Origin: an uncultured Spirochaetales bacterium
GTDB lineage: Bacteria; Spirochaetota; Spirochaetia; CAYLLE01
Length of the DNA: 64,000 nt
NCBI GenBank assembly: GCA_964618265.1
Contig: CAZUAE010000014.1
Span: 4 to 64,003 of the forward strand
Reading direction: 5' to 3'
The translations under genes were made by a program, and so were the position numbers. The notes beneath the pieces are model-generated. The model searched no databases and was not told the DNA's origin. It saw only the letters and a list, made by a program, of their open reading frames with translations. This document shows, one piece after another, positions 20,007 through 29,964 of the stretch (the stretch's first letter is position 1; each line of letters opens with the position of its first letter).

Positions 20007-21020
20007 ATGGATATTAAAAAAGTTCACCACGATCATCCTATTATAGATGGACATGCGGACACGTTCCTTCATTACAGGGAAAGACCGTTGGATTTCTTTT
20101 CCGGTAAGGACCGGCTGCATTTAGACCATCAGGGTCTGCAGAAGGCTCAGCAGAACCTGCAGATAATGGCGATCTACACACCGGGCAAACACACTGACCT
20201 GGAAGGGCTCCAATTTGCATTGAATCTGCTTTCTGTCTATTATCAGGCGCTGCATTCCAAGGAAAACTCGTTGCTGGAGAGACCATACCGCGGGGTTCAT
20301 ACAAAGGCCCATCTCGACAAAGTCTGCAAACCCGGCAATTACGGCTTCCTTTTGTTCATGGAAGGGGCAACCCCTTTGCGGGGAAACATACAGAACCTTA
20401 GGATTTTTTACGAATTAGGTATTCGGGGAATAACATTGACTCATAATTTCGACAACGAAGCCGCTAAGGGATGTTTTGCGGAAGGTAAAAACAGAGGACT
20501 GACAAAATTCGGTAAAGAACTTGTCCGCGAGATGGAAAACATCGGTATGGCAGTGGACCTGGCCCACTCCAACGAAGACACCTTTTGGGATGTTATCCGC
20601 ATTGCCAAAAAACCGGTACTCGATTCTCATACCGGCCTTAGAACTATCCGGGATTTTCCCCGGAATATAACCGATGAACAGGTAAAAGCAATAGCAAATA
20701 CCGGCGGAGTCGTTTGCATCAGCTTCCTCCCGGACCAGTTAAAACCGGGAATAATGGAAGAAGGGAAAGCCGAAATTTCCGATGTAGTCAGAAACATCCT
20801 GCATGCCGCGGAAATCGGCGGTATCGACCATGTGGGGCTTGGTTCGGATTGGGACGGTTTTGACGGCGCCGTTTCGGGATTGGAAGGACCGGACAAACTG
20901 CCGTCACTGACCAAAGCATTGTTTGATGCAGGACTTTCGGAAGAGGAAGCGGCAAAGGTTCTCGGAGGGAATATGTACCGGTTACTTTCGGAAGTCTTAT
21001 CGATGAGCAATGAACATTAA
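20007..21020 (+). CDS. Membrane (renal-type) dipeptidase, peptidase family M19
   Basis: N-terminal HHDHPIIDGHADT motif and overall M19 pattern. SD aaggaagg precedes the ATG. Confidence 0.75.
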   Translation: MDIKKVHHDHPIIDGHADTFLHYRERPLDFFSGKDRLHLDHQGLQKAQQNLQIMAIYTPGKHTDLEGLQFALNLLSVYYQALHSKENSLLERPYRGVHTKAHLDKVCKPGNYGFLLFMEGATPLRGNIQNLRIFYELGIRGITLTHNFDNEAAKGCFAEGKNRGLTKFGKELVREMENIGMAVDLAHSNEDTFWDVIRIAKKPVLDSHTGLRTIRDFPRNITDEQVKAIANTGGVVCISFLPDQLKPGIMEEGKAEISDVVRNILHAAEIGGIDHVGLGSDWDGFDGAVSGLEGPDKLPSLTKALFDAGLSEEEAAKVLGGNMYRLLSEVLSMSNEH

Positions 21021-23376
21021 ATACAACCGTCTTTCACCGAATCTTTCTCAGGTGCGTCTCAACTTTGTAATGAATCTAAGCCTTATAAGCGGAGCATCCG
21101 GAACACTCTGGCTCATACTCTGTTCGCCGCAACCCATATTTATTGTTTTCTTCCAAAATAGACTAGGGGCATCTTCGAGTCTTCTTGGGTTACTGATGAC
21201 CGTTATCCAGCTCTCGGCTATTTTCAATCTAGTATCCATCCCCATTTATGCCGGTCTAAAAAAGAAAAAGGCTTTCTGGCTTCTTTGTCATCTTATCCAT
21301 CGGCTTAACGGATTTTTTCTCGCAGCTATAGCTTTGTGGGCTGCGGAGAGTACCGATCCCGCAAAAAGCGCCCGCCTTATAATCGGAGTAATGACAGTCA
21401 GCTGGTTCCTGATGAACATAAGTGCATCGGGGTGGTGGGGCTGGATCGCCGATCTTATTCCGGAGAAAAAAAGGGCCGCCTTTTTCGGACGCAGATCCGC
21501 TGTCGCTAACGTTATAAATATTATCAGTTTTTTCATAATCACCGTTTTACTCGATTCCTTCGCACAAAATAGGATTTTCTACCTCTATGCTGTTCTTTTC
21601 TTTTTGGGCGGTATCGGAGGGATGATAGATATTTTGCTACACCTTTTCGTTCCGGAGACAGTTTCAAAAGATGATATGATTCCTATACTGAAAAAACATT
21701 TTTTTGAGCCGATCCGTAATAAAAACTTCCTCCTGTTTTCCTTCTCCATAGGAGCAGCAATTTTCTCAATTAACATTGCGGCACCGTTTATACCGCCCTT
21801 TATAACATCCCCGGATACATTAGGAGCACCTAACACTTGGCTGGGGATAATGTTTGTGATTTCCCAACTCACCTGGATCGTAGTTTCCAGACCGACGGGT
21901 ATAATAATGGACCGATTCGGCAGAAAACCTGTTGTAATAATTGGAGCCCTCTTCCCGCTGTCGTGGATAGGCTATTTTTTTATCGGTCCAGGGAATTACA
22001 TCTATCTGCTTCCAGCAATATCCCTGGCGGGAGGACTGCTGTCTCCTGCTTTCTACGACGGTCTTTCCCAGATGATGCTGACCCTGACGCCAAAAAAGAA
22101 CAGAATCGCCTTTGTAGCATGGTTCTGGTCTATCGTAGGGGCCGTTTCCTCCGGGGGATCATTATTAGGGGGGATCCTAAACGACTCCTTAAAATATGTT
22201 TCCATAGATACAGGTTTTATAACAATTACCGGATTCAAAATTGTTTTGGCCGTCTCGATAGTTCTCATAACAATGAGCGCTCTTTTTCTCTCCCGGATTT
22301 CCGAAGGAAGGGTAAAAGATGTTGGATTTGTAGTTTCCCGAATCACCAATCCCGGCATATTCCGTACCTTTCTGAATATGGAGGTGATATCAAAAACAGC
22401 AAGTACCGAAAAAGCTCTCAAAGCTCTTAGGTCAATCGACGGCTCTAAAGGGGACATTGCCCTGGAAGAAGTTTTGGAACGCCTGGATGATCCGAATCCG
22501 GAAATCCGGGAGGAAGCAGCAAAAGCATTGGGCAGAATCGGTGCGGAAGACGCAGCACAAGCTCTTATAGATAGATTAAAGGACAGTCATTCCACAATCC
22601 GAATACAGGCAGCTCAGGCATTAGGAAGGATCGGGAATCCCGCGGCAATACCTGCATTGATGGAAGGAATAAACTCACCCTCGGAGGAACTTCAGGAGGC
22701 TTGTATACAGGCTCTTGGTAAAATCGGGGGCGACCAATCGACAGAAACCCTTATCAGCATTTTTAAACGCGCCGGGTCCGACCGGATCTTTGCATCCGGA
22801 GCGGAAGCAGTTTCCTCCATGGGGATCTTTGAAGCCGCCTGGGAAATCGTTCCCCGAATGCACCAAACGGCGAACCCGGTACTCCGAAATCAATTATCCA
22901 TTGCATTGGGTAATATTTTGGGAACACCCGGCGAATTTTATCAATACCTAACGGGAAGCAGTCTACAAAGGGAACAGAAAACCCAGAAGCTGATTCAGGA
23001 CACTCAGCGGAACGTTGCTGCTCTTATAAAAAAAACAAAAGACTCCCCGGATAATAAGCAGCAATTAAAATTACTCCTAAGATTACTTAAAAAAACAGAA
23101 GAAAATTTTTTAGAAGATCGCTTTCAAGAGGCCTTTGACAGCCTATACGAGTTCAGTAAAATTTTTCTTGCGGCCATAATTCCTGGAAATCAAAAGGAGG
23201 ATTTGACGGAAACTGCTGCCTTTCTAGAACCTAAATTAGGATTATGGTATTGGTTTATTAAAACCACTCGGACACAGTACGAACAAAACATGAATCCCAT
23301 TTCTCTGAAAATAGATGTAATGCTGGGCTTCTATTTCTTAAGCCGATTCAAACGCCGGAGAAAAAATACCGATTGA
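21010..23376 (+). CDS. MFS transporter fused to a C-terminal HEAT/PBS-lyase repeat domain
   Basis: ~12 predicted TM helices in the first ~450 aa. C-terminal EIREEAAKALGRIG / IRIQAAQALGRIG / LQEACIQALGKIG HEAT-like repeats. Start overlaps the dipeptidase stop by 11 nt. Confidence 0.6.
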   Translation: MNIKYNRLSPNLSQVRLNFVMNLSLISGASGTLWLILCSPQPIFIVFFQNRLGASSSLLGLLMTVIQLSAIFNLVSIPIYAGLKKKKAFWLLCHLIHRLNGFFLAAIALWAAESTDPAKSARLIIGVMTVSWFLMNISASGWWGWIADLIPEKKRAAFFGRRSAVANVINIISFFIITVLLDSFAQNRIFYLYAVLFFLGGIGGMIDILLHLFVPETVSKDDMIPILKKHFFEPIRNKNFLLFSFSIGAAIFSINIAAPFIPPFITSPDTLGAPNTWLGIMFVISQLTWIVVSRPTGIIMDRFGRKPVVIIGALFPLSWIGYFFIGPGNYIYLLPAISLAGGLLSPAFYDGLSQMMLTLTPKKNRIAFVAWFWSIVGAVSSGGSLLGGILNDSLKYVSIDTGFITITGFKIVLAVSIVLITMSALFLSRISEGRVKDVGFVVSRITNPGIFRTFLNMEVISKTASTEKALKALRSIDGSKGDIALEEVLERLDDPNPEIREEAAKALGRIGAEDAAQALIDRLKDSHSTIRIQAAQALGRIGNPAAIPALMEGINSPSEELQEACIQALGKIGGDQSTETLISIFKRAGSDRIFASGAEAVSSMGIFEAAWEIVPRMHQTANPVLRNQLSIALGNILGTPGEFYQYLTGSSLQREQKTQKLIQDTQRNVAALIKKTKDSPDNKQQLKLLLRLLKKTEENFLEDRFQEAFDSLYEFSKIFLAAIIPGNQKEDLTETAAFLEPKLGLWYWFIKTTRTQYEQNMNPISLKIDVMLGFYFLSRFKRRRKNTD

Positions 23377-23461
23377 ATGAACTTGCAACGATGGATCCAG
23401 GGTTCCCATGCAATATACATGATTCGAGGTAATGTGTATAATAGGAAGAAAAGGAGGGGAT

Positions 23462-23989
23462 ATGCAAAAGGACTGGAGAAAGATCAATCCGAAACAGTTA
23501 AACGAAAATGTATTTAAAACTATTGGAGATGATTGGGTTCTGATTACAGCCGGCAGTCCAAACGACTTCAACACCATGACGGCAGCCTGGGGAACTTTAG
23601 GAATACTGTGGAGCAGGCCCGTGGCTATTTGTTTCATCCGCCCCACCCGCTATACCTACTCGTTTATGGAAAATTCCGATACGTTTTCCATCTCGTTTTT
23701 CGGCGAAGAACACAAGGAGATATTAAACTATTGCGGAACACACTCCGGCCGGAATGTCAACAAGATCAGTGAGACAGGGTTGAATCCTCAAAAGTTTGAC
23801 CTTCCGGATGATGGAGAAACCATAGGATTCCAACAATCGCGGCTTATTATATGCTGTAAAAAAATATATGCGCAGGATATGACAAAGGACTGTTTTGTTG
23901 ATCAGAGCCTAGTGGAAGACATTTATCCCAAGAGCGATTTCCATAAGCTCTATGCGGGTGAAATATTAGTCTGTTATACTAAGGAATGA
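23462..23989 (+). CDS. Flavin reductase-like domain protein (second copy in the window)
   Basis: ORF 23432..23989. ATG at 23462 is preceded by AAGGAGG, so it is the likelier start. Domain pattern VLITAG...NTMTAAWGT...PVAICF...SGRNVNKI. Stop overlaps the addB start (ATGA). Confidence 0.55.
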   Translation: MQKDWRKINPKQLNENVFKTIGDDWVLITAGSPNDFNTMTAAWGTLGILWSRPVAICFIRPTRYTYSFMENSDTFSISFFGEEHKEILNYCGTHSGRNVNKISETGLNPQKFDLPDDGETIGFQQSRLIICCKKIYAQDMTKDCFVDQSLVEDIYPKSDFHKLYAGEILVCYTKE

Positions 23990-26583
23990 GGAAGCTTCCG
24001 AATTTTATTCAAACACTTTTGAGGGAAACGGGAAAACGTTATGTTTTTCCTTCCGAAGTTGCAGCCGCTTTTTGGCGGAGAAACATCTTATCCTATTCAA
24101 AAAAACACGCAATAAAAACGGATAGTATTATTTCCTGGGACAAGTTTAAAGAGTCTCTTTTTAGATCACGGGAAGACCGCCGTCCTGTAAATAATATGGA
24201 ACGGATGCTCTTTTCAGAAAATCTTCTGATGGAAAACAAGAGCAAACCAATTCTTACATCCCTGATCAATCCCGATTACTCTAAATATTCTCTAAGCTTC
24301 ATACATTATCTGTCCCGTATCTTTCCGACACTTCACCGGGTAACAGAAAACAAGAATTTTAATCTTCTCAACCCGGGGCTTCGTCAGGATCTTCTTTATC
24401 TCTATGAAAAATATAATGATTTTCTTGATACTATCGGATCCTTTGAACCTTCCAGAGAAACGCCGGATATTCAGGCCCTCAAAGGCGGATGGGTGATCCT
24501 CTTTCCGGAGCTAATTACAGACTACAATGAGTTTGCTCTTTATTTAACAGAAACCGACAAGGTGAAGACCATTCCCGTCGAATCGGTTCCTGATATACCG
24601 TATCTTAAGGAGTTTCCCAATTCCTACCAGGAGTACCGTGTTCTGTTTCATAACATAGAAAAACTGCTCACCCTAGGAGTGCATCCCCGGGAGATAGCGG
24701 TAACATCAGCGGACCTTGAATCTGCCAAACCCTTTATTCAGGAACTGTCGGAAGCATATGACCTTCCGGTTTCTTTCCGGACCGGCGATACATTGGCGAA
24801 CTACCTTCCCGGCAAACTATTCAGCATGATACAGCAAACGGTTACAAGCCGCTTTACACTTGATTCCCTAAAGTCTCTCTTTTTAAATCAGGGAATTCCC
24901 TGGAAGAACCGTGAAACATTATTCAGCTTTATAAAAAAACTTATGAAATCCGGTTACATCAACTCTTTACCGGGAAAGGTTCCGGCAAATGAGCAGGATA
25001 CATCCGCAAGTGTACAGCTTTTAGCTATTCAAAAAGCCGGGGATTTTTCTGAGCTTCGCAAGGCTGTTTACCGGTTCATTCATAGCCAAATAGAATCAGA
25101 CAATTGGGATCCCCTAAATATGAAAGCCCTTCAATCATCTATGGATGTTCTAAATGATTTAATAATAACGGAGACCGACAGGAATATCTCCTCCGTTTCT
25201 CCCCTGCGGTTTTGGCTTTCCCTGTTATCATCAAAGAGATACGTAGCGCGGGAAGAGGAAGAGAAGATTCATTTTTATCCGTATCGTCCTGCCGCCGGAA
25301 TATTTCCGGGATATCATTTTATAACGGGATGTTCACAGCGGAATACTACGGTTAAAGTCAATCAAGCAGACTATTTACGGAACGATTATGCTGAGAGTTT
25401 AGGGTTACAGAGAACAGAACTGTCGGATCAATTCATAAAGGCATATTGGGTTTCAGGGGAAGAAACATCATTTACCTATTCACAGGAAGGTTTTACAGGA
25501 CCTGAATTATCTCCTTCCATCTTCATCGAAAAACAAAAGATTGAAAAGGCGGAAAATGAAAAGATTCAGCAGATTTACGCGGCGGATAATTATTATAATG
25601 AAATAGACCTATGGAAAACAGGTGAAAGCAAGACCTTTGTTCCTTTCACTAATCAATATCTTGGTTTGAATCAAGCTTTTACAACCGCCCTACAACCTAA
25701 AGAAGAAGATTTTACAGTAGATACTGTCCCTTCCGGCGAAACGGTACAGACCCTTATTAATCGGCTTGAAAATCCGAACACTCATCTGCTCGAGCTCTCA
25801 CCCACCAAACTGGAAACATATATTGCGTGTCCCTTCCAGTTCTTACTTACTTCCTTACTACACATCGATCCTGATCAGTATATAACCGATTACGAGTCTA
25901 TGCGAGAAATCGGTTCCCTTTACCATACCGCCGCAAGTAAACTGCTTAATAGAAACGCTAAATCCTCGCAAATACCTGAAATTTTGAGGGAAAGCGTTTC
26001 TGAAGGCACCTTCATTCCCTTACCGGTTTATTGGGTGTTAGAACCTCGAATAATCAAAGAACTCCAATATTTTATGGAAAACCACACAGAACAATTTCCA
26101 AATCATAAAACAATTGATACTGAGGCTGAATTTTACAATACAACTGATGACCCACCCGTTCACTTAAAATGCAGAATCGATCACTTATTGGAGAACCGAA
26201 GCTCCGGTTGTTTCACCATTATTGATTATAAGCTTAAAAACTCGCCCCAGAAAAAAGATATACTTGGAAATGATGCTATGGCTCCTGTTTCTTTCCAGCT
26301 TCCGCTCTACATTTTTTCCGCGGAATCCGAAGGAAAACAGATCGAAAATGCCGGTTATTACAGCTTTAAAAAGGGAGAGTATAAATTTCTGCTTCATGAA
26401 AAAAAGAAAAGCTGGATAAATACGGATCAGAAAAATGAATTGATTAAACATGCTTTGAACACACTAAAAGGATTTGTACAAAAAATAAAAGAAGGAGATT
26501 ATCGATGCCCCGATCCGTATCAGGGCTGCGAAAGGGGGTGTGAATTGAGGAGGGTTTGCAGAACCCGTTTCTCAACTCAGTAG
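23986..26583 (+). CDS. addB: Helicase-nuclease complex subunit AddB/RexB-like (no Walker A; PD-(D/E)xK nuclease and Cys cluster retained)
   Basis: C-terminal nuclease motif CRIDHLL...IIDYKLK and terminal Cys cluster CPDPYQGCERGCELRRVC (Fe-S-like). Lies upstream of and adjacent to addA. No P-loop seen. Confidence 0.6.
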   Translation: MRKLPNFIQTLLRETGKRYVFPSEVAAAFWRRNILSYSKKHAIKTDSIISWDKFKESLFRSREDRRPVNNMERMLFSENLLMENKSKPILTSLINPDYSKYSLSFIHYLSRIFPTLHRVTENKNFNLLNPGLRQDLLYLYEKYNDFLDTIGSFEPSRETPDIQALKGGWVILFPELITDYNEFALYLTETDKVKTIPVESVPDIPYLKEFPNSYQEYRVLFHNIEKLLTLGVHPREIAVTSADLESAKPFIQELSEAYDLPVSFRTGDTLANYLPGKLFSMIQQTVTSRFTLDSLKSLFLNQGIPWKNRETLFSFIKKLMKSGYINSLPGKVPANEQDTSASVQLLAIQKAGDFSELRKAVYRFIHSQIESDNWDPLNMKALQSSMDVLNDLIITETDRNISSVSPLRFWLSLLSSKRYVAREEEEKIHFYPYRPAAGIFPGYHFITGCSQRNTTVKVNQADYLRNDYAESLGLQRTELSDQFIKAYWVSGEETSFTYSQEGFTGPELSPSIFIEKQKIEKAENEKIQQIYAADNYYNEIDLWKTGESKTFVPFTNQYLGLNQAFTTALQPKEEDFTVDTVPSGETVQTLINRLENPNTHLLELSPTKLETYIACPFQFLLTSLLHIDPDQYITDYESMREIGSLYHTAASKLLNRNAKSSQIPEILRESVSEGTFIPLPVYWVLEPRIIKELQYFMENHTEQFPNHKTIDTEAEFYNTTDDPPVHLKCRIDHLLENRSSGCFTIIDYKLKNSPQKKDILGNDAMAPVSFQLPLYIFSAESEGKQIENAGYYSFKKGEYKFLLHEKKKSWINTDQKNELIKHALNTLKGFVQKIKEGDYRCPDPYQGCERGCELRRVCRTRFSTQ

Positions 26584-26589
26584 GTTCCA

Positions 26590-29500
26590 ATGGAAAAGAA
26601 AAGGTTTTTCATAGATCAGTATCAAGAACAGGCTATAACCCAGGACCAAAACTGCATAGTTACCGCCGGGGCAGGTTCCGGAAAAACAACGATTCTTGCC
26701 AGAAGGTTCCTCAGGCTGATAATTGAAGGTAAAGGTGATGTTGAATCGATCCTTACCTTAACGTTTACAAGAAAAGCTGCCGCGGAGATGCATGACCGTA
26801 TTTATCGTTTCCTAATCGAGGAAGCCCCGGGTAACCCACGGGCCGCTCAGGCGGCGGCTATGTTCGATAAAGCACAAATATCGACAATAGACAGTTTTTG
26901 TTCTCAAATTGTCCGCGGAAAAGCAGGGAGCTACGGAATTTCCCCGGATTTTACTACCGACGAAGAAACGATAGTATCACTTATCAAGGATACCGCTTTA
27001 GATTTTGTTTTACGGCATTCAAAAAATTCCGAACTGGGTGAATTTGCCGGTGCAAACGGATTCAACAGAATAATTGACGATTGTCTCGTTCCCATTGGAT
27101 TTGAAAATTTCTTAATCGCCCGTCCTTTGGATCTTGAAAAAATTTGGAATAAACAGAAGCAATTGCTTTTTACAGAACTGAGGAAAATTAGAAAAAAATT
27201 TTCAGATTATCTTACTATCATAAACAACATCGATCATCCCGGCAAAACCCTTAAAACATGCTTAAACTGTTTTGATTTGTTTCCCGCGGGTGATTCGAAG
27301 GAAGAGTGGTCAGTTTTTATGAATGAAATAGGCTCTATCCACAAGCCTCCGGGTAAGAAAACAGAAGCGATGTCGCTTTTAGCGGATACAATCCAGGACA
27401 TGAGGAACGACGCTCAAATTCATAAAAAAATTACCAAGACACTTGAATTAGAAACTTTTATACGCGGATTCAACAACCTAATGGGAAAATATCAGCAAGA
27501 AATAATCGATAAAAAAATTGAGAATTCTCTTCTTTCTTTTCAAGATGTGATGATACTTGCCATTGAGATACTGAAAAACTTTCCCGAGGAAAGACGTTAT
27601 TACGGAACAAAATATTCCCATATAATGATTGATGAGTTTCAAGACAACAATGAACTCCAGCGTGATCTGCTTTACCTTTTAGCGGCAAATAATGACTTTT
27701 CAGACTCTGCTGTACCCGCCATAGAATTTATTGTGCCGGAAAAACTGTTTTTTGTGGGGGATGAAAAACAGTCAATATACCGGTTCCGTGGTGCTGATGT
27801 TTCGGTATTCAAAGGTCTTTCCAATGAGTTAACCGCAGCCGGGGGGAAGCATCTGGTATTAAAGAAAAATTACCGTAGCGAACCAGCCCTTATCGACTTC
27901 TATAACCAAATATTCGAACCTATCATGTCTCCCGGAACTGAATCGTATGAAGCAGTTTTCACTCCTATGGAATCTGTTGAAACCCCTCGGGAAAACGAAC
28001 CCCGGGTTTTGGTTTTTTACAAATCGAAACCGGAAAAAGAGGAAATTTTACCTGATGAGGATTATCTCAATTCTACCGAAGCGGAGGCTTTTCATATAGC
28101 TTCCTTCATTAAAAAGAGTGTTGAAAACAGTGAACTTACAGTAAAAGAAAAAGGTTCCGCGTCAAGGCCGGCCCAATATAAAGATTTTGCAGTACTGATG
28201 CGTTCCATGGGTAATCAGATTATTTACGAGCGGATATTCAGGAATTTCAGTATTCCTTACACCGTAAAAAACGCCAGGAGTCTTTTTCAGGAAGCTCCCG
28301 TGAATGACATTTACAATTTTCTCCAGCTGTGCGTTTATCCTGACGACCGGTCTGCCTACGCCGCGGTGCTCCGTTCTCCCCTTGTAAATGTATCGGACAG
28401 TACAATGGTAAACCTTTTGCTGTCTCCAGGTCCATTGTTTAACACAGATGGTAATTCTTCTTGTGATCTGGCAAAACTTAGGAATGCAGCCGATATGTAT
28501 CGGGAAATCAAACAATCAATAGATATAAAATCTCCGGGCGAAATCATCTTTGAAATATGGTACCGGTACGGGTACCGGTATTCACTGCTCTCAGATCCTA
28601 AATACCATCCATATTTAGATTACTACCGCTTTTTTAAGGCTTTTGCGGAAAAGTACAACGATATTTCAATGGTCACATTTCTTGACAAAATCCGGGACCG
28701 TTTGGGAAAATACGGTAAAGCAGACGAAATTGAAGTCACACCGGAACACATAGCGGGTGTTCAGATAATGAGCATTCACGCTTCAAAGGGGTTGGAGTTT
28801 CCCGTAGTGATAGCAGCTGACTTAGGAAACACAGGGAAAAGCAATACACAAGGATCTAATCCCTATTACTTTTCCGATAGATACGGTCTTTCTTTTAATT
28901 TTTCAAATTCAGTTGGATCTACGTTGGGTAAATATAATATCTTTTATGATTGGGGAAAAGAGGAGGAAATCCTTAAGGAAGAGGCGGAACTTAAACGTCT
29001 ACTCTATGTTGCTGCTACACGTGCTGAATCCTATCTTGTACTTTCTTGCAGTGAAAAAAAGAGAAATGCCGGTATCTCACACCTCGGTTTGCTGAAAACC
29101 GGATTGGGAATCCGCCCTGACGCTTCCATTGATCCGGCAGGCTTGCTGAAGGGTCTGTATAAAATACAGGAGATTTCGGAAATACCAAAAGACCGACTCT
29201 ATCATGTACCGCGGTTAAAAGCTGCAGATACCGAAAAGATCAAGGGGTATTATAAAAAACCAAAAGCACCAACTCATTTTCCGAAGAAGGAATTTTCCGC
29301 AACAGAATTAAACACACTGTGGAATAAAAAATCAGAAACAACATGTACCGGAATCATTGAAAAATTACCGGAAATCTCTATCGATAGATTAAAAGACGCT
29401 GAATATCCTGAGAATCTTCATAATACGTTAGGCAGTATTGTTCATCTTCACTTAGAACATTCCATAAGAAAAGGCGCTGTTTCTGAGCTCTCACTAAGGG

Positions 29501-29964
29501 ATTTACCCGGCAGCCTGAGAAACAGCATCGAAGATTCTTTAGTATTGGAAATGCTTCAGATTTCCCGGGAGTCTACTTTGAAGTTTATCCAGGGTCCTAT
29601 AGGAGAAGAGCTCAAAAAAGCCGATTGGGTAGAACCCGAATTAAGCTTCCTGTACCAACCCGCTAATCTTCGTGTCTTTATATCCGGTATTATTGATCTA
29701 GTTTACTTAAAGAACGGTACAATAAACATAATTGACTTTAAAACCGACAGAATAAAAAACCCGGCGGAGTATAGAATTCAATTAGGAATATACCGCTTAG
29801 CAGCAGAAGAACTATACAACGAAGAAAAAAAGACGGGTACTGAGATAAAAACTGCTCTTTACTATCTAAGAGACCACTCTTTAACGTTAGTACCCCCCGA
29901 TGCCGGCATCCTTAAAAAGGTTAAAACCATTATTACACCCCAAGCTCCTCAAGAACATCTTTAG
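26590..29964 (+). CDS. addA: ATP-dependent helicase/nuclease subunit AddA/RexA (UvrD-like helicase plus RecB-type nuclease)
   Basis: Walker A AGAGSGKTT, motif II MIDEFQDNN, C-terminal RecB-nuclease motif GIIDLVYLKNGTINIIDFKTD. 1124 aa. Confidence 0.8.
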   Translation: MEKKRFFIDQYQEQAITQDQNCIVTAGAGSGKTTILARRFLRLIIEGKGDVESILTLTFTRKAAAEMHDRIYRFLIEEAPGNPRAAQAAAMFDKAQISTIDSFCSQIVRGKAGSYGISPDFTTDEETIVSLIKDTALDFVLRHSKNSELGEFAGANGFNRIIDDCLVPIGFENFLIARPLDLEKIWNKQKQLLFTELRKIRKKFSDYLTIINNIDHPGKTLKTCLNCFDLFPAGDSKEEWSVFMNEIGSIHKPPGKKTEAMSLLADTIQDMRNDAQIHKKITKTLELETFIRGFNNLMGKYQQEIIDKKIENSLLSFQDVMILAIEILKNFPEERRYYGTKYSHIMIDEFQDNNELQRDLLYLLAANNDFSDSAVPAIEFIVPEKLFFVGDEKQSIYRFRGADVSVFKGLSNELTAAGGKHLVLKKNYRSEPALIDFYNQIFEPIMSPGTESYEAVFTPMESVETPRENEPRVLVFYKSKPEKEEILPDEDYLNSTEAEAFHIASFIKKSVENSELTVKEKGSASRPAQYKDFAVLMRSMGNQIIYERIFRNFSIPYTVKNARSLFQEAPVNDIYNFLQLCVYPDDRSAYAAVLRSPLVNVSDSTMVNLLLSPGPLFNTDGNSSCDLAKLRNAADMYREIKQSIDIKSPGEIIFEIWYRYGYRYSLLSDPKYHPYLDYYRFFKAFAEKYNDISMVTFLDKIRDRLGKYGKADEIEVTPEHIAGVQIMSIHASKGLEFPVVIAADLGNTGKSNTQGSNPYYFSDRYGLSFNFSNSVGSTLGKYNIFYDWGKEEEILKEEAELKRLLYVAATRAESYLVLSCSEKKRNAGISHLGLLKTGLGIRPDASIDPAGLLKGLYKIQEISEIPKDRLYHVPRLKAADTEKIKGYYKKPKAPTHFPKKEFSATELNTLWNKKSETTCTGIIEKLPEISIDRLKDAEYPENLHNTLGSIVHLHLEHSIRKGAVSELSLRDLPGSLRNSIEDSLVLEMLQISRESTLKFIQGPIGEELKKADWVEPELSFLYQPANLRVFISGIIDLVYLKNGTINIIDFKTDRIKNPAEYRIQLGIYRLAAEELYNEEKKTGTEIKTALYYLRDHSLTLVPPDAGILKKVKTIITPQAPQEHL

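Noticed and set aside
23986-29964. Whether the two large ORFs form a Gabija/Hachiman-like defence pair rather than AddAB
   Set aside because: The downstream protein has a full RecB-type nuclease fused to a UvrD helicase. The upstream one has an AddB-type nuclease plus Fe-S Cys cluster. The order and domains fit addBA, with no ATPase-TOPRIM or DUF1837 partner.
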